From the NCBI RefSeq assembly GCF_006345805.1, contig NC_042999.1, positions 159,898,001-159,962,000 on the forward strand: a stretch of 64,000 bases of DNA, in the 5' to 3' direction. The notes beneath the pieces are model-generated. The model searched no databases and was not told the DNA's origin. It saw only the letters and a program-made list of their open reading frames with translations. Source of the stretch: Octopus sinensis (taxonomy: Eukaryota). Positions 38,734-51,745 of the stretch are shown one piece after another; position 1 is the first letter of the stretch, and each line of letters starts with the position of its first letter. A program made the translations under genes and the position numbers.

Positions 38734-38949
38734 GTGTGTGTTTGTGTGTCTGTATTTGTCCCCCTAGCATTGCTTGACAACCCATGCTTGTGTGTTTACG
38801 TCCCCGTCACTTAGCGGTTCGGCAAAACAGACCGATAGAATAAGTACTGGGCTTACAAAGAATAAGTCCCGGGGTCGAGTTACTCGATTAAAGGTGGTGC
38901 TCCAGCATGGCCGCAGTCAAATGACTGAAACAAGTAAAAGAGTAAAAGA
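38513..38949 (+). mobile_element. SINE family 1 with a duplicated 18-bp head
   Basis: ataggcacaggagtggct occurs twice in tandem. Confidence 0.88.
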
Positions 38950-39814
38950 GGATGTATATATGTGTGTGTATATCTGCAATGTACACATGTATATATGTAC
39001 ATATATACACGTCTTTTTATCTTATTTTATAGATTGGTTCCTTTGAAATGCATCAGTATACAATATATATATACATGAAATAATACTCTTCTCTTATATA
39101 GGAGATTTATATATTTATATATATATGAATTACTTCTCGATTTTTAATGTACTTATTTTTTTAGCACCTATCACTTCATAATAAAAATACTTTCTCATAT
39201 ATTCACATTCACCATTATGTTATATATGAAAATTATTTATAAAATATGATTTTTACCTCTTTTATGCATAACTAGATTCTCAATTCATATAGTAATTTTT
39301 TAAATATTTAACATAGTCAACATTAAAATATAGAAATGAGCAATTTTTCAAAAAAATCTTTCTTACAAATTTATCTTAGCCTTATCTCTCCAACATTGTT
39401 ACCTTGTTAAACCTCTCAAAAACTCTTCTTTATCACAGTATGATCTTTTTCAATAATCTTAACCACAGCAAGTATTTTCTTTCTCAATTCTGTAACATTA
39501 ACAACTATTCTTCTATTTTTATTCCTTCTTCTTAGACTTACGGCACACAAACGAATATAAGCTTTTTAACTAATAATAAATCTTTTCCCCCATTATATTA
39601 ACCAAATAATTACACCCTCTTTTTTTGTTTGAAATTCAAGTAACTCACATAGAACTATATTAACAATTTGTATTTCTTAATCAAGGAATTTTTTAAAACA
39701 ATTTCTTGTAATATACACCATACTTTATTTTTTATCATATACCACTCATAACTATCAAATCAAATATAAATTTAAATATAGCTATGCTGTCCCATTGGAT
39801 GCTTATTTATGTGT

Positions 39815-40262
39815 GTATGTATATACAGATACAATACCAATATATTCCACTGAACTTTTTAATAATTCCTTCTGGAAACTATCTTTAATATTTTCTTGAG
39901 AATGTGTATATATATGTTGTAATCCTTTGTGCCCAATATTTTAATGAACCTTTTAAACTTTTTTATGTTCTTAACATGTTCTTGTTACCAAAGAATGTGT
40001 ATATGTACTGTAGTATTTTGTGACAACCAATATTCTGTGCGCGTATGTATATACACATACAATACCAATATATTCCACTGAACTTTTTAATAATTCCTTC
40101 TGGAAACTATCTTTAACATTTTCTTGAGAATGTGTATATATATGTTGTTATGTTTTGTGCCCAATATTTTAAATGAACTTGTTAAACTTTTTATGACCTT
40201 AACATGTCCTTGTTACCAAAGACTGTGTATATGTATTGTAGCATTTTGTGACAACCAATAAT
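39815..40262. repeat. Tandem duplication, 228-bp unit x2
   Basis: caataccaatatattccactgaac at 39832 and 40060. Confidence 0.9.
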
Positions 40263-40286
40263 TAACACAACCAAACTTTTACATGT

Positions 40287-40329
40287 TACTTTTGACAATC
40301 TTTTTCTAAAAAGTGAAACCGGTAAAGTA
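40287..40329 (+). ncRNA. Minimal hammerhead fold with a U3-A8 core variant
   Basis: UACUU-UUGACAA-U-CUUUU(UCUA)AAAAG-U-GAA-AC(CG)GU-A-AAGUA: 5-bp stem I, palindromic ACCGGU stem III, GUA triplet. Confidence 0.5.
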
Positions 40330-40433
40330 AATAAACATCTTTTAGAATTGCATTTTCAAACCTTCTTTCATATATAATTCCACTCATGCGGTACCTTACA
40401 ACTCCACTTTGTTATATATATATGTTATATATA

Positions 40434-40662
40434 TTTCTTTACTACCCACAAGGGGCTAAACACAGAGGGGACAAACAAGGACAGACAAAGGGATTAAGTC
40501 GACTACATCGACCCCAGTGCGTAACTGGTACTTAATTTATCGACCCCGAAAGGATGAAAGGCAAAGTCGACCTCGGCGGAATTTGAACTCGGAACGTAAC
40601 GACAGACGAAATACGGCTACGAATTTCGCCCGGCGTGCTAACGTTTCTACCAGCTCGCCGCC
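40434..40662 (-). mobile_element. SINE family 2, full length
   Basis: Flanked by tatatatgttatata direct repeats. Confidence 0.9.
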
Positions 40663-41097
40663 CTATATATGTTATATATTTTACTTCTTATGATAAATGC
40701 TTTATATGGAATGAATATCACTTAATTACTTATCTTCATAAAGAAAGAATGTTTCTTAAACATTTTTCACCTATATATTCAAACAACCATTAGCCACATC
40801 AGTTATAGTTCATACACAACTAGACTCAACACTATTTTAGCATGCTTTTATCTTTCATAATCATATTATGTATATCTAGTCTTCTGCAACAGTCTAACAT
40901 TCTTCTCATGTAATCTTTTTTCGCACTGAGGAGAACAGTAATATGTAATTAATTTAATTATTATTAAATTAACTTTTACGTTATTCACATGTTAATATTA
41001 CCATTCGAAACGATCATCTACATGGATTAAATTTTTTTTAAAACTTATAACACCTCCTCTTCACCATCTTTAATAGTTTGTTGAATGTCTATAGGAT

Positions 41098-41678
41098 ACA
41101 TCATCATCATCATTTAATGTCCGTTTTTCATGCTGGCATGGGTTGGACAGTTCGACTGGGGGTCTGGAAAGCCAGGAGTCTGCACCAGGCTCCAGTCTGA
41201 TCTGGCAGTGTTTCTACAGCTAGATGCCCTTCTTAACGCAAACCACCCTGAGAGTGTAGTGGGTGCTTTTTACATGCCACCAGCAGAGGGTCCAGAGGAG
41301 GCTGGCACTGACCACGGTTGGATGGTGCTTTTACATGCCACCAGCACGGGAGCCAGAGGGGGCTGGCATCAACCACATTTGGTGCTTTTACATGCCACCG
41401 GCACGGGAGCCAGAGGGAGCTGGCGTCAACCACATTGGGATGGTGCTTTTATGTAACACTGGCACAGGAGCCAGTCAAGGCAGCACAGGCATCAGCCACA
41501 TTTGGATGGTACTTTTTACGTGTCACCGGCACAGGAGCCAATGGGCACAAGGGGGCTGGCATCGACCACATTTGGATGGTGCTTTTTATGTGCCACCAGC
41601 ACAGGGAACCAGACAGGCAGCGCTGGCATCAGCCACAACTCAATTTTCCATTTGATTGTGGTGTGATTTGATTTTGAT
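41098..41678 (-). mobile_element. RTE 3'UTR-derived element with about 6 diverged tandem units
   Basis: Repeated ggtgctttt...gccaccggcac units; (TGA)n tail. Confidence 0.85.
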
Positions 41679-43208
41679 GTTCTATAAATGCTCATAACAC
41701 TTTATACTTGTAACATTTTTATATTCGAAAAATACTTACAACAGTAAGCTACCAATGTAATATGAAGAATCTTTATTAGAAATTGACCTTTGGAACCCAC
41801 CAAAGTAAACGATGATATAGAACTCATTTTCTCACCTATATAAGTTATTAATAGGGGATTATCAATCTGGACAAAATATTTCTTAAGGTCTCTGCTGATC
41901 AAAATGCACCAAGATAACAAAAGGTTTTGTGATTGGTATTAAACACTTGATGAGCTGCACTCCAGAGATGACAGCATTTTTATTGGTGGTTCACTATTTT
42001 CAAATTATCAATAGATCGATTGGGTAAAGTGAATCATAAATGCACACAAAATGCATATCAGAAATAGCTGTAAGTCCCAAATAAATAAATGTATAATGCC
42101 CATTATTTATACCTTTTATTGTATGTGTGTGTGTCTGAATATATGTACCTCTGAGTGTGTATATGTGTGTGTGCATGTATGTGTGTGTGTGTGTGTGTGT
42201 ATATACACACACACACACACACACACATATTATGAATATAACATTTGTGTATGTGTGTGTTTGTGTACACATACAACTTATAGACAAGTATGATCATCAC
42301 TGGGACGCAAAATTCTTATGCAAAATTTCAGGTCCAATAAGGCTTGCACAATACCTCACAGACATTCTCCACCCTATTGACATGAGCCAGAGACAAGCCC
42401 AAACAAGATATCTAATGCTAGTATGGATTGCAGGTTCAGGAATATGGGAGCGCCATGATCTCAAGTGCAAACAAAAGATTCCCAAAATGTCCAATGCTAT
42501 TCCCTACATATCCAGTTTTATATCAAAGTGACCCACAGCCATGCTTTAATGAAAGCTGGGGTGCCTCACTCTGAGCGGTCATCCAGCATACTGGAACCCC
42601 CGAGAGCCCATGCTATCATTAAATAAGTCATTGAACCAACGCTGGGTTCATCCATTCTTTTGACAAGTCTTTTTAGTCCTGTTGAGTTTCTAGCAACCCT
42701 CCTCACCAGCCTAGCCTGTTGGGGGTGCCAATTTACTCACCAATGATCTGACCGTGCAACAGGTTGTACTGGATTTCATGTTACCAGTAGCTCTCATGTG
42801 AATGCTACTCATGAGAGTATGTATGTATATATCTGAGGCCAGTTTCCAAAGATTAGTACACAATATGTAGAATATTGTCACTTCATAATCTGTAAGGCTC
42901 AAGTGAGGCCCACAAGTTAGTACTGATCCCACAACTGGGACACTGCTATATGCACTGACATCCCAGACTGCATCCAGGGAAGAGTGTTGAGCTGACTAGC
43001 ATTCAAACACTGATGGACATATTAACAAAATTCATCATCATTTATCATCACTTCATATCCACTTCCAATAAATGGATGGTTTGAGTAATTTGAAAGGATC
43101 CAACAAACTGCAGAACTGCAACATGCTCCAATGTCTCAGTTTTGACATGATTTCTATGGCTGGATGCCCTTCCTAACACAAACCAGTTTACAGACTATTC
43201 TGAGTTCA

Positions 43209-43708
43209 TGCACCGTGGTTAAGCGAACCATCCGATCGTGGCCGTTGCCAGCGCTGCCCCGACTGGCCTCCGTGCCGGTGGCATGTAAAAGCAGCATTCG
43301 TTCGTGTCCATTGCCAGCCTCGCCTGGCCCCCGTGCCGGTGGCACGTAGCACCATCCGTTCGTGGCTGTCGCCAGCCTCGCCTGGCCCCCCCGTGCCGGT
43401 GGCACGTAGCACCATCCGTTCGTGGCTGTTGCCAGCCTCGCCCCCCCCCCCCGTGCCGGTGGCTCGTAAAAAGCACCATCCAACAGTGGCCGTTTGCCAG
43501 CTCCGTCAGGCACCTGTGCGGGTGGCACGTAAAAAGCACCCACTACACTCACGGAGTGGTTGGCGTTAGGAAGGGCATCCAGCCGTAGAAACACTGCCAG
43601 ATCAGACTGGGCCTGATGCAGCCTTCTGGCTTCACAGACCCCAGTTGAACCGTCCAACCCATGCTAGCATGGAAAGCGGACGCTAAATGATGATGATGAT
43701 GATGATGA
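43209..43708 (+). mobile_element. RTE 3'UTR-derived element with tandem units
   Basis: ccgtgccggtggcac units followed by (TGA)n. Confidence 0.87.
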
Positions 43709-43876
43709 TATATATATATTGTGTAGAACTATCTAAGGTTCTATGCAATGTGATTGAACCATGAATCAAATGGTTGCAAAGTAAGCTTCTAATAACTTGT
43801 AACATGAGTGACTGTGAAATGTAACAATAATAAGTACTCATTGACTTTTAATAACTAGAATAATAATTATGGCCAA

Positions 43877-44023
43877 TTAATATTTCTATAATATTCTAAT
43901 ATTAATATTTCTATCATATTCTGATATTAATATTTCTATCATATTCTGATATTAATATTTCTATTATATTCTAATATTAATATTTCTATTATATTCTAAT
44001 ATTAATATTTCTATTATATTCTA
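43877..44023. repeat. 25-bp AT-rich minisatellite (attaatatttctattatattctaat), about 6 copies
   Basis: Read directly. Confidence 0.93.
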
Positions 44024-44889
44024 AAAAAGAAAATTTGACAAGTATGAGACATTTTGAAGTAAGACGAAAGAATGTATCCAACATACCAATAAATCTGAAT
44101 GGATTGCTGAGACATGAGTTATCATCTAATTACAACACACATGGAAAATCACAAACATTTGTAGGATTAGTAGAATATGGTAAAGTCCTGACTGATCATA
44201 GCTAGTTAGACAAAAGAGGTTTATATATTAAATATATATTTCATGGTTAGTGAGATATCTTAAAACAGTCAAATACACTTGACTGACTCAGCCATATATA
44301 GCTAAAATCAAAATTATCTTTACCAAACTCAACTGAAGAGAGAAATATGACTAATTGCAGGTAAGAGGAGCACATACAGTCGTGTTTCCAAAAGTGCTGT
44401 AGATTCTGATCTCAACTAATAGGATATTTCTACAAAGGTATGGTTATCATGATAGATGTGGGTGTGCAAATATAGAGGGCATTAAACACCTAATCGAAAA
44501 AACTGATTAGTACCTTATCACTATCTGGAGCCAAAGCCTGAAATAAGAAATAAATGGTTTAGTCCAATACAAGAATGTGCTTAAGAATGTACAACAGGGG
44601 GAACAGCTTGACTGCAAAACTGAAAATATTTTGTTAGCTCACTACAGTAAAATTGAACTCCCATGAGATTAGGCTAAATGTATTATTGTTGTTGTTGAGT
44701 TCACCAATATCATCAAGATTCAAGAGTAGACTATAAAAAATACAAATATATATTTTTTAAAAAATAGAAAAAAAAAAGCTTTTATGACAAGCCATCTTAA
44801 TTACCCTACCACCATAACAAATCACTTTGACCTATTACAGTTATGATACAGTTAGCACAACAGATGACTCTACATAAGTTTCACCTTAA

Positions 44890-45110
44890 CCCTTTAGTGT
44901 TCACATTATTCTGCCAAAACTAATGCTTATTTATTCATATTGTTTTGAATTAATCATTCATTATCTTGTAGCTATGAGATTTTGATGAGGTAGCTGTTAA
45001 TTTTTAAAATGATATTGTAGGGTTGGTTTAAGAGACCAGATATGGCCAGTTTGAACATAAAACAAGCAGAATACTTTTGGCCGGATATGGCCGGTTTAAA
45101 TGATAATGGG
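44890..45110. mobile_element. TTAA-flanked MITE, family B
   Basis: Homologous to 19872-20092; TTAA flanks. Confidence 0.87.
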
Positions 45111-45545
45111 TTAAATGTTGACAAGTCACATTATGAGTAAAAATCCCAGTTAGATATAATTTAACTTTATTAAGGAAAGAATTTATGACAAAACAACTAT
45201 AGTCAGTATGATGCATAAAAAAGACTTCAAGAACCCAAGCAGTTCTTTGTGCTTTCTTTTTCCCCTTTATTTTTCTATTAACATTATATGTAGATGTAGC
45301 CTGTTTTAAATTTACCATACTTCCTTGCTCATAAGATGCTACAAGTGATGAAATACACCCTACAACTAGGAAGGTATATTTTGGAAGAAGGGTTTTTCAT
45401 TTTTCAATGATTTATGACCATATTATCAAAGATTTATTTTGTAAAAATATTTAATTTAGAATAAAATAATTGTGTATTAACAAAATTTAATACATCGCAA
45501 CTAGCTATGAACACTACAGACTTTTCACAAAGCTTGACTACATTA

Positions 45546-45925
45546 GATGGTGGATGGAAGCACTCCGTCGGTTACGACGACGAGGGTTCCGGTTGATCCG
45601 AATCAACGGAACAGCCTGCTTGTGAAATTAACGTGTAAGTGACTGAGCACTCCACAGACACGCATACCCTTAACGTAGTTCTCGGGGATATTCAGCGTGA
45701 CACAGAGAGTGACAAGGCCGGCCCTTTGAAATACAGGTACAACAGAAACAGGAAGTAAGAGTGAGAGAAAGTTGTGGTGAAAGAGTACAGCAGGGATCAC
45801 CACCATCCCCTGCCGGAGCCTCGTGGAGCTTTAGGTGGTTTCGCTCAATAAACACTCACAATGCTCGGTCTGGGGATCGAAACCGCGAGTCCGCTGCCCT
45901 AACCACTGGGCCATTGCACCTCCAC
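45546..45925 (-). mobile_element. SINE family 3
   Basis: 13-bp TSD cttgactacatta (45533-45545, 45926-45938). Confidence 0.9.
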
Positions 45926-46047
45926 CTTGACTACATTACAGCTACTTACACAGACATTTCAAAGATATTACCAAGTCTCAACTATATACTGTAGAGATCG
46001 GTCTGCACTCACTACCCTGTGAGACAGAAACAGCCAATAAAAAAGAA

Positions 46048-46328
46048 ATTATTTACATTATTTACATTTGACGGATATTTGTCCTCATGTTTGTTGTTAA
46101 CACAACGTTTCGGCTGATATACCCTCCAGCCTTCATCAGGTGTCTTGGGGAAATTTCTAATCTGGGTTCTCATTCCTAAGGTATTTTTCGATGTTATTCT
46201 TATTATTATTCAGGTCACTGCTTGGAATCGAACTCGGAATCTTGGGGTCAGTAGCCCATGCTCTTAACCACTACGCCAACAAACAAGATGAGGACAAATA
46301 TCTGTCAAATGTAAATAATGTACATAAT
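46048..46328 (-). mobile_element. tRNA-headed SINE-like element carrying a hammerhead, with about 50-bp inverted terminal duplication
   Basis: A box TGGCGTAGTGG (46278-46268), B box GAGTTCGATTCC (46235-46224), hammerhead 46144-46099; 46048-46096 is the reverse complement of 46277-46328. Confidence 0.8.
46099..46144 (-). ncRNA. Minimal type I hammerhead ribozyme fold
   Basis: GACAC-CUGAUGA-A-GGCUG(GAGGGUAUAU)CAGCC-GAA-AC-GU-U-GUGUU: palindromic ACGU stem III, GUU triplet, predicted cut between 46104 and 46103. Confidence 0.75.
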
Positions 46329-46589
46329 CCCTCATCTCTTAATTTCTCATCTCTCTAAGACTAATCTTTAATTCAGCATAAGCTTTTCTGAGAGTGCCAC
46401 AGATAGTTGAAGACTCCACAATCAGTTTAATGTCTATTAAAATCTATCTGATAATATCTTAATATTAACACAGTAAACAATTGCAGCAATAATCTGCACT
46501 ATTATTACAAGCATTAACTGTTTCTGAGCCATCACTATCTTCACAGTGAAATTCATCTTCAGAACCAATCATTGCATTAAAGCAATGCT

Positions 46590-46816
46590 GCGAGCTGGCA
46601 GAGTCGTTAGCACGCCAGGCAAAATGCTTAGCAGTATTTTGTCAGTCTTTACGTTCTGAGTTCAAATTCCATTGAGGTCGACCTTGTCTTTCCTCCTTTC
46701 AGGATCGATAAATTAAGTACCAGTTATGCACTGGGGTCGATGTAATCAACTTAATCCCTTTGTCTGTCTTTGTTTGTCCCCTCTATGTTTAGCCCCTTGT
46801 GGGCAATAAAGAAATA
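46590..46816 (+). mobile_element. SINE family 2 with 20-bp TSD
   Basis: agaaccaatcattgcattaa at 46561-46580 and 46817-46836. Confidence 0.9.
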
Positions 46817-47690
46817 AGAACCAATCATTGCATTAATGATTCCACATTTTTTAAATGCATTTGCTACTATTTCTACTCTTACAACAGCTGTCAATCTGTG
46901 GAATAGTATATTGCTCCAGTAATTCTGTAGGGGTTACTAAATTCACAGCTATCATTTACTTGTTCCCCTCTTACATAAATATTACGGTGACTTGTTAAAT
47001 GAATTGCGAAATGGTTATAACAGAAATGCTTGCCTTGGACATTATCATCTTTGATGAGATTGTAGACCACACACCACATTCATGGACTATCTATATTTTT
47101 ACGACAGCCCCCACTTCCCTCCCACTTATGTAAATTTTGTTTCTTTATGAAGTCCACATTCTTCATCCTTGTTTTCATTAATGCTTCTCCTTTCACCAAA
47201 TTATATTTTTGTTCCAGTTGTTCATAGTTACTCAATTGCCATATTGTTTGGCATAGTCAACAACTTATTGTTTATAACTAATTATTATGTGTATCTGTCT
47301 TCTCTTAGTTGCAATTATGTTGTAAAATCAAAGATTGCCAGAGAAATAACTAAGCTGACAGATAACAGATAGTACTTAGCTTAATGGCACTTCTGCCGAC
47401 CTACAAATGGCATGAGAGGTACAGTTGATTCACCACAAAACGAACAAAATAAATGATTTTCTGTTAGCAGAACCAGTAGACCCTTGTAAATTTCAAACTA
47501 GTTACCATCAATAAATCATCAAAAACTAATAAGTATGGTAATATACAGGGATATACCTATTACATGTCAGTTGTATTTGTAGGCTTTTATTACGAGATTA
47601 CAATTCTACTAAGGACTGGACCCAGATATTGAAGTATTACCTGACCCTTCTGTGATAAAACCTAGGGTGATTTCTACTTTTTTTTCTGAA

Positions 47691-47754
47691 GGGTAGGGGT
47701 GGGGGTAGGGTGGGAGTAGGGAGTAGGGGTGGGGTGGGGTGGGTAAGGTAGGGG
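47691..47754 (+). other. G-quadruplex-forming tract (11 runs of three or more G)
   Basis: gggtaggggtgggggtagggtggg...ggggtggggtggggtggg in an otherwise AT-rich intron. Confidence 0.75.
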
Positions 47755-49538
47755 TGAGGATGGAATCTCTTTTTTTCCTGTGTACAAAAATGTCTTATGA
47801 ATCAGGAAATATGGTATTCAGAAACTTGACTATTATTGAATAAGTACCTAGATTCATTTAATTAATATGTCATAATGTGAATTTAATACCATCACATTAG
47901 AACTTCATTATTGTCGATTAGCATGCCATAATAGTTTGACAAAAATATAATCAGCATTAACGAAAGATCTGCACCAATTATAAGTAACAGTGAAGTATAT
48001 TCTGGACAGATTATGACATAATCACTGAAATATAAAAGACATCATAAGAAAACTAAAATCACAAGAATCAGTGGAAAAATATGAAATAAAGAAATACAAT
48101 AAAGAAATAAATAAAATCACCTAAATGAATTTAAATTACAACTACTACAAACATCTGAAACACTTATAGCAAGCAGCAGACTGTCTCAGAAACAGACACA
48201 GCTTGGCATGCATAAAATTTATGACAATCAGGATAGCATTATTATCTCACAACATAGCACATGAACAGGGGTGCTTCTAACATTTGGTTGAGGTTTTATT
48301 ACAAGCAACTGAAAATTTATGTAAGAGCTCTCAAGATCACTTCAATCACATCAACACTCTCTCATTCTCCTTCATCCAGTTTTTACTCTACAGCAGCAAT
48401 TAGTCATAATGATATCTTTTATGGTGGATCAATCAGGATGCAGGCGGTCCAAAGCACCTAGTTTTTTAACTTCAAGTAAAAGGGAAACTTCACTAAGGTA
48501 CCAACAAGCTAACAAAGAATTCTCCAACATACCTTTAATTCCAGCAACTAGAAGAAGATTGAAAACAAAACTCTTAGTGTTTTCAACAAGTGTTAGAATA
48601 GTGCAAGTGCACAGTATTATGTTACAGACCTGGAACTAAACCACCATTTTCACTGTTAAACTTGAAAGGAAAGACAAATCAATAAAACTGATACTAAGTC
48701 ACTCTGCAGATAAATACAATCAAACTGTAGACTTATATTAGCTCTATTTTATGGAGCCAGTATTCTAGAGAGATATTGCTAGGAGATGACAAAAATATCA
48801 GGTGCAATGAAAGTGAAAGATTGCTTTATATTTACAGAACTGGAACTAGATAAAGTTCTACTAATGCTTGAAAAAAAATTTGGCACTAAAGTAGTAACAG
48901 TATCATTTCAATTAGCAGCAGCTGGAATGGTTAGTAGAAAATTCCAAATGGTGACAATGATAGCTTGTAAGTATACTGGTTTGAAGAAATATAAACAGTA
49001 AGAGTAGTTTTATTGCTAGAGTTAGAATGCCTTAGATTTGGGAGGGGAAGAACAAGATGTCTTGAAATTTTGGCCTTTCCCCAAAACACCAACAAAATGG
49101 ATTATAATGGCTTCAATAAAAAGTATAACATCAGTTCTGTTAGGGAACAACAACAATAATAAAGAAGCCACTGAAGGACTATTCATATTCAGTAACAACA
49201 ACAACAACAACAGCAGCAGCAGCAGAATAGTTGTCATTTTGATTCACCTCTCATTCTTATACTTGTTATACAAACGGGGGTGGGGGGTGAGTGTTAGTAT
49301 TACCACCACCAACACTACCAGCAGTTTTCTGGACAAATGCAATATCCAAAACAATTCAATTGGAAACATATCCCAAACAGAAGAATCTCAAGATAACGAA
49401 TTGAGATATAATTTGAATACTGGCTCCAGGGACCATTTCATATGGCAAACCACAAGATCACAACAAAACTCTAAAACAATATAGCTTGAAAAGAAATATA
49501 CTTGAAAAAGCAACCTTAATTTTCTTTTTAATTATTAC

Positions 49539-49663
49539 CTGTAAGCTTTGCGGTTTCAATCTGTTTGTTTGTGAATTTTTGATTTGTTGACACAACATTT
49601 CTACCCAATGGTTCAGTTCATTTCTTGTGGTACATAACACAGTCAGTTTATCGATGAGATTAC
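49539..49663 (-). CDS. ARHGEF7: ARHGEF7-like exon (PH C-helix): (G)NLIDKLTVLCTTRNELNHWVEMLCQQIKNSQTNRLKPQSLQ
   Basis: 125 nt, phase 1-0, tttcag|...|gtaata; contains the conserved PH C-terminal Trp helix. Confidence 0.93.
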
Positions 49664-50655
49664 CTGAAACAAAGACAACAGAAATCACTGAAAGAAACAA
49701 AGCAAATGTACTGCCATTTTTTCAATATTTCATCTTCAAATTAAATGCAACGAGATGTCTTTAGACTAAATGAAAGCACTAGTCACTGTAAGGCACTGAA
49801 CCTACCACTTCACACAATTTTTTTCTAATCCTAGACTAATAAGACTGACACCCTTTCAGTTTTTCTTGAATATTTAGAATTCCAAAGAGCCAGCTTAAAT
49901 GAAGGTGTACTGAATACAGCCAGTCCCAAGGAGCAGAGGCCATTATAGTAGCATTAGAAAAGGTATCAAAAGGAGACAGTGCAACTGTGGGCTAGATGTT
50001 GGAGTGCAACTTTGAGCAACATGATGCTGATTATGTAAACAGAGTTCTTTTCCATCTATTCTTGTTGGAACCTTTGATACAGAGTATCGAAATTTTAATC
50101 TCTTTCACACTTATAAAATGTCAAGCAAACTCAAAAATTTGTCAGTTGAGTAAAGTGTCATCCAAGCTGATGTTTATTGGTAATTAACTTGATTTGTAAC
50201 AACTGTGCATATTTATCAGCTTTGTTTTTGTTGGTAATTCTTATCATCAACTTTTCCCATGATAGTGATTTGAGAAGACATACAGAAGTATGCTAAAGAT
50301 CAGACAAAATCTGTTGTGGGCAAGAAATTATTATAAACAACACAAACACTTTGTAATTTAATAGCTTTCATTGTGATACCTGTTAAACAGAAATTATTTT
50401 TATTTAATGAAAATTTAATAAAATCTATTCATAAGTAAGTAAAATTATGCTAAACACAACTAAATTGTAAACCGTTTTCTCCTGGCTATATCGGCAATTC
50501 TTAAAACTTTTAGGTGCAAATTTTACATGAGTAGAAGCTTTTTTTTAACAAATATTCTAAAAATCACCTGTGTAAATTACACAGGTGTGCAAATTACATG
50601 GGTTTTTACGGTAATCTGTAGGTTAAAAAAGAAGCAAAGAAAATGCATTACTTAC

Positions 50656-50731
50656 CAGTGATTTCATAGCTATTAGGCATATTTTCGACTTCAGATTTAT
50701 TTACAGACAACCCACTCAACTTCAGCTGCCC
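50656..50731 (-). CDS. ARHGEF7: ARHGEF7-like exon (PH): GQLKLSGLSVNKSEVENMPNSYEITG
   Basis: 76 nt, phase 0-1, ttacag|...|gtaagt; not listed in the ORF track; in frame with both neighbours. Confidence 0.92.
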
Positions 50732-51745
50732 CTGTAATTAAGAAAAAAACAAATCAAAGCATTTGTAATCAATCATTCAGCAAAATAACACCAAAATGAC
50801 ATTCATTATCCAGTATTCAATAAATCATCATTTATCTATTTTTATCTAACATGTTGAATACAATGATTAAAACAGAAAAACTCAAAGCAATAACCTCCAA
50901 TAATTAAATAATGATTACTAATTTCTAATTTAAAACCATACAAAACACTGCTGACTTTAAAAATCATGGGATCAAAATTGATATGAAGTTGAATAAATAG
51001 CCATTCATTAATCTTCAATAACTTTAACATCTTTATCACATTTCTGTGAAAAATGCAACCAACACTTTTCATATCATCAGTGAAAAAAAATTATTTTTGA
51101 TCGAAGAGTTCCATTTGATATTTCAAAATTATCTTTCATGTGTATAAGAAAACAGGAGAAAATTTAATAATTTACATCTTTTTGTCAAAAAATGAGGCTT
51201 TTGTTGTTATTCTTGTTTAGGCCTAAGCTAGTTTTATTTGAGTAGGCCTACAATTAAAGACCTTTTTCACTGAAGTTTTGTCTTTTTTTCCTCTTTTTTG
51301 CTTTAGCAATAAGTGTCTCCACAACTAAAACTGGGTGCTGAAAAAGTTCCTGACTTTGGGTAAAAGAAAATACAGGAGGATCAGGTATGATTTTATTCAA
51401 TATATTCCCCGTCTCAGATTCACACACTTATTGCAGCAGTCCATCAGTTTTTCTGAGGCTTTTCGCGATACCCTTAAAGCCAGGAACTTTTCAACACCCT
51501 CTCATACAACAAGTCCCCTTTTTCAATATAATAGTGTATGATCCGAGGGAAAATTCTTGCTATTTCTAGCTTGTCAAGCAAGCATATAAAGGTTCCTTTG
51601 TTTGGTCATTTTATTCAATTATAAATCAAAACATTTAGCTGATAAGAAAAAAACTGTTTTCATTTCACATCAGATATTTCTACAAACCTCTTGACATTAT
51701 TACTATAAGTAAACAGTTTCTCTTAATTATTTAGCATTTCATTAA

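Noticed and set aside
47400-48980. Possible ancient LINE relic
   Set aside because: No diagnostic motif could be read with confidence.
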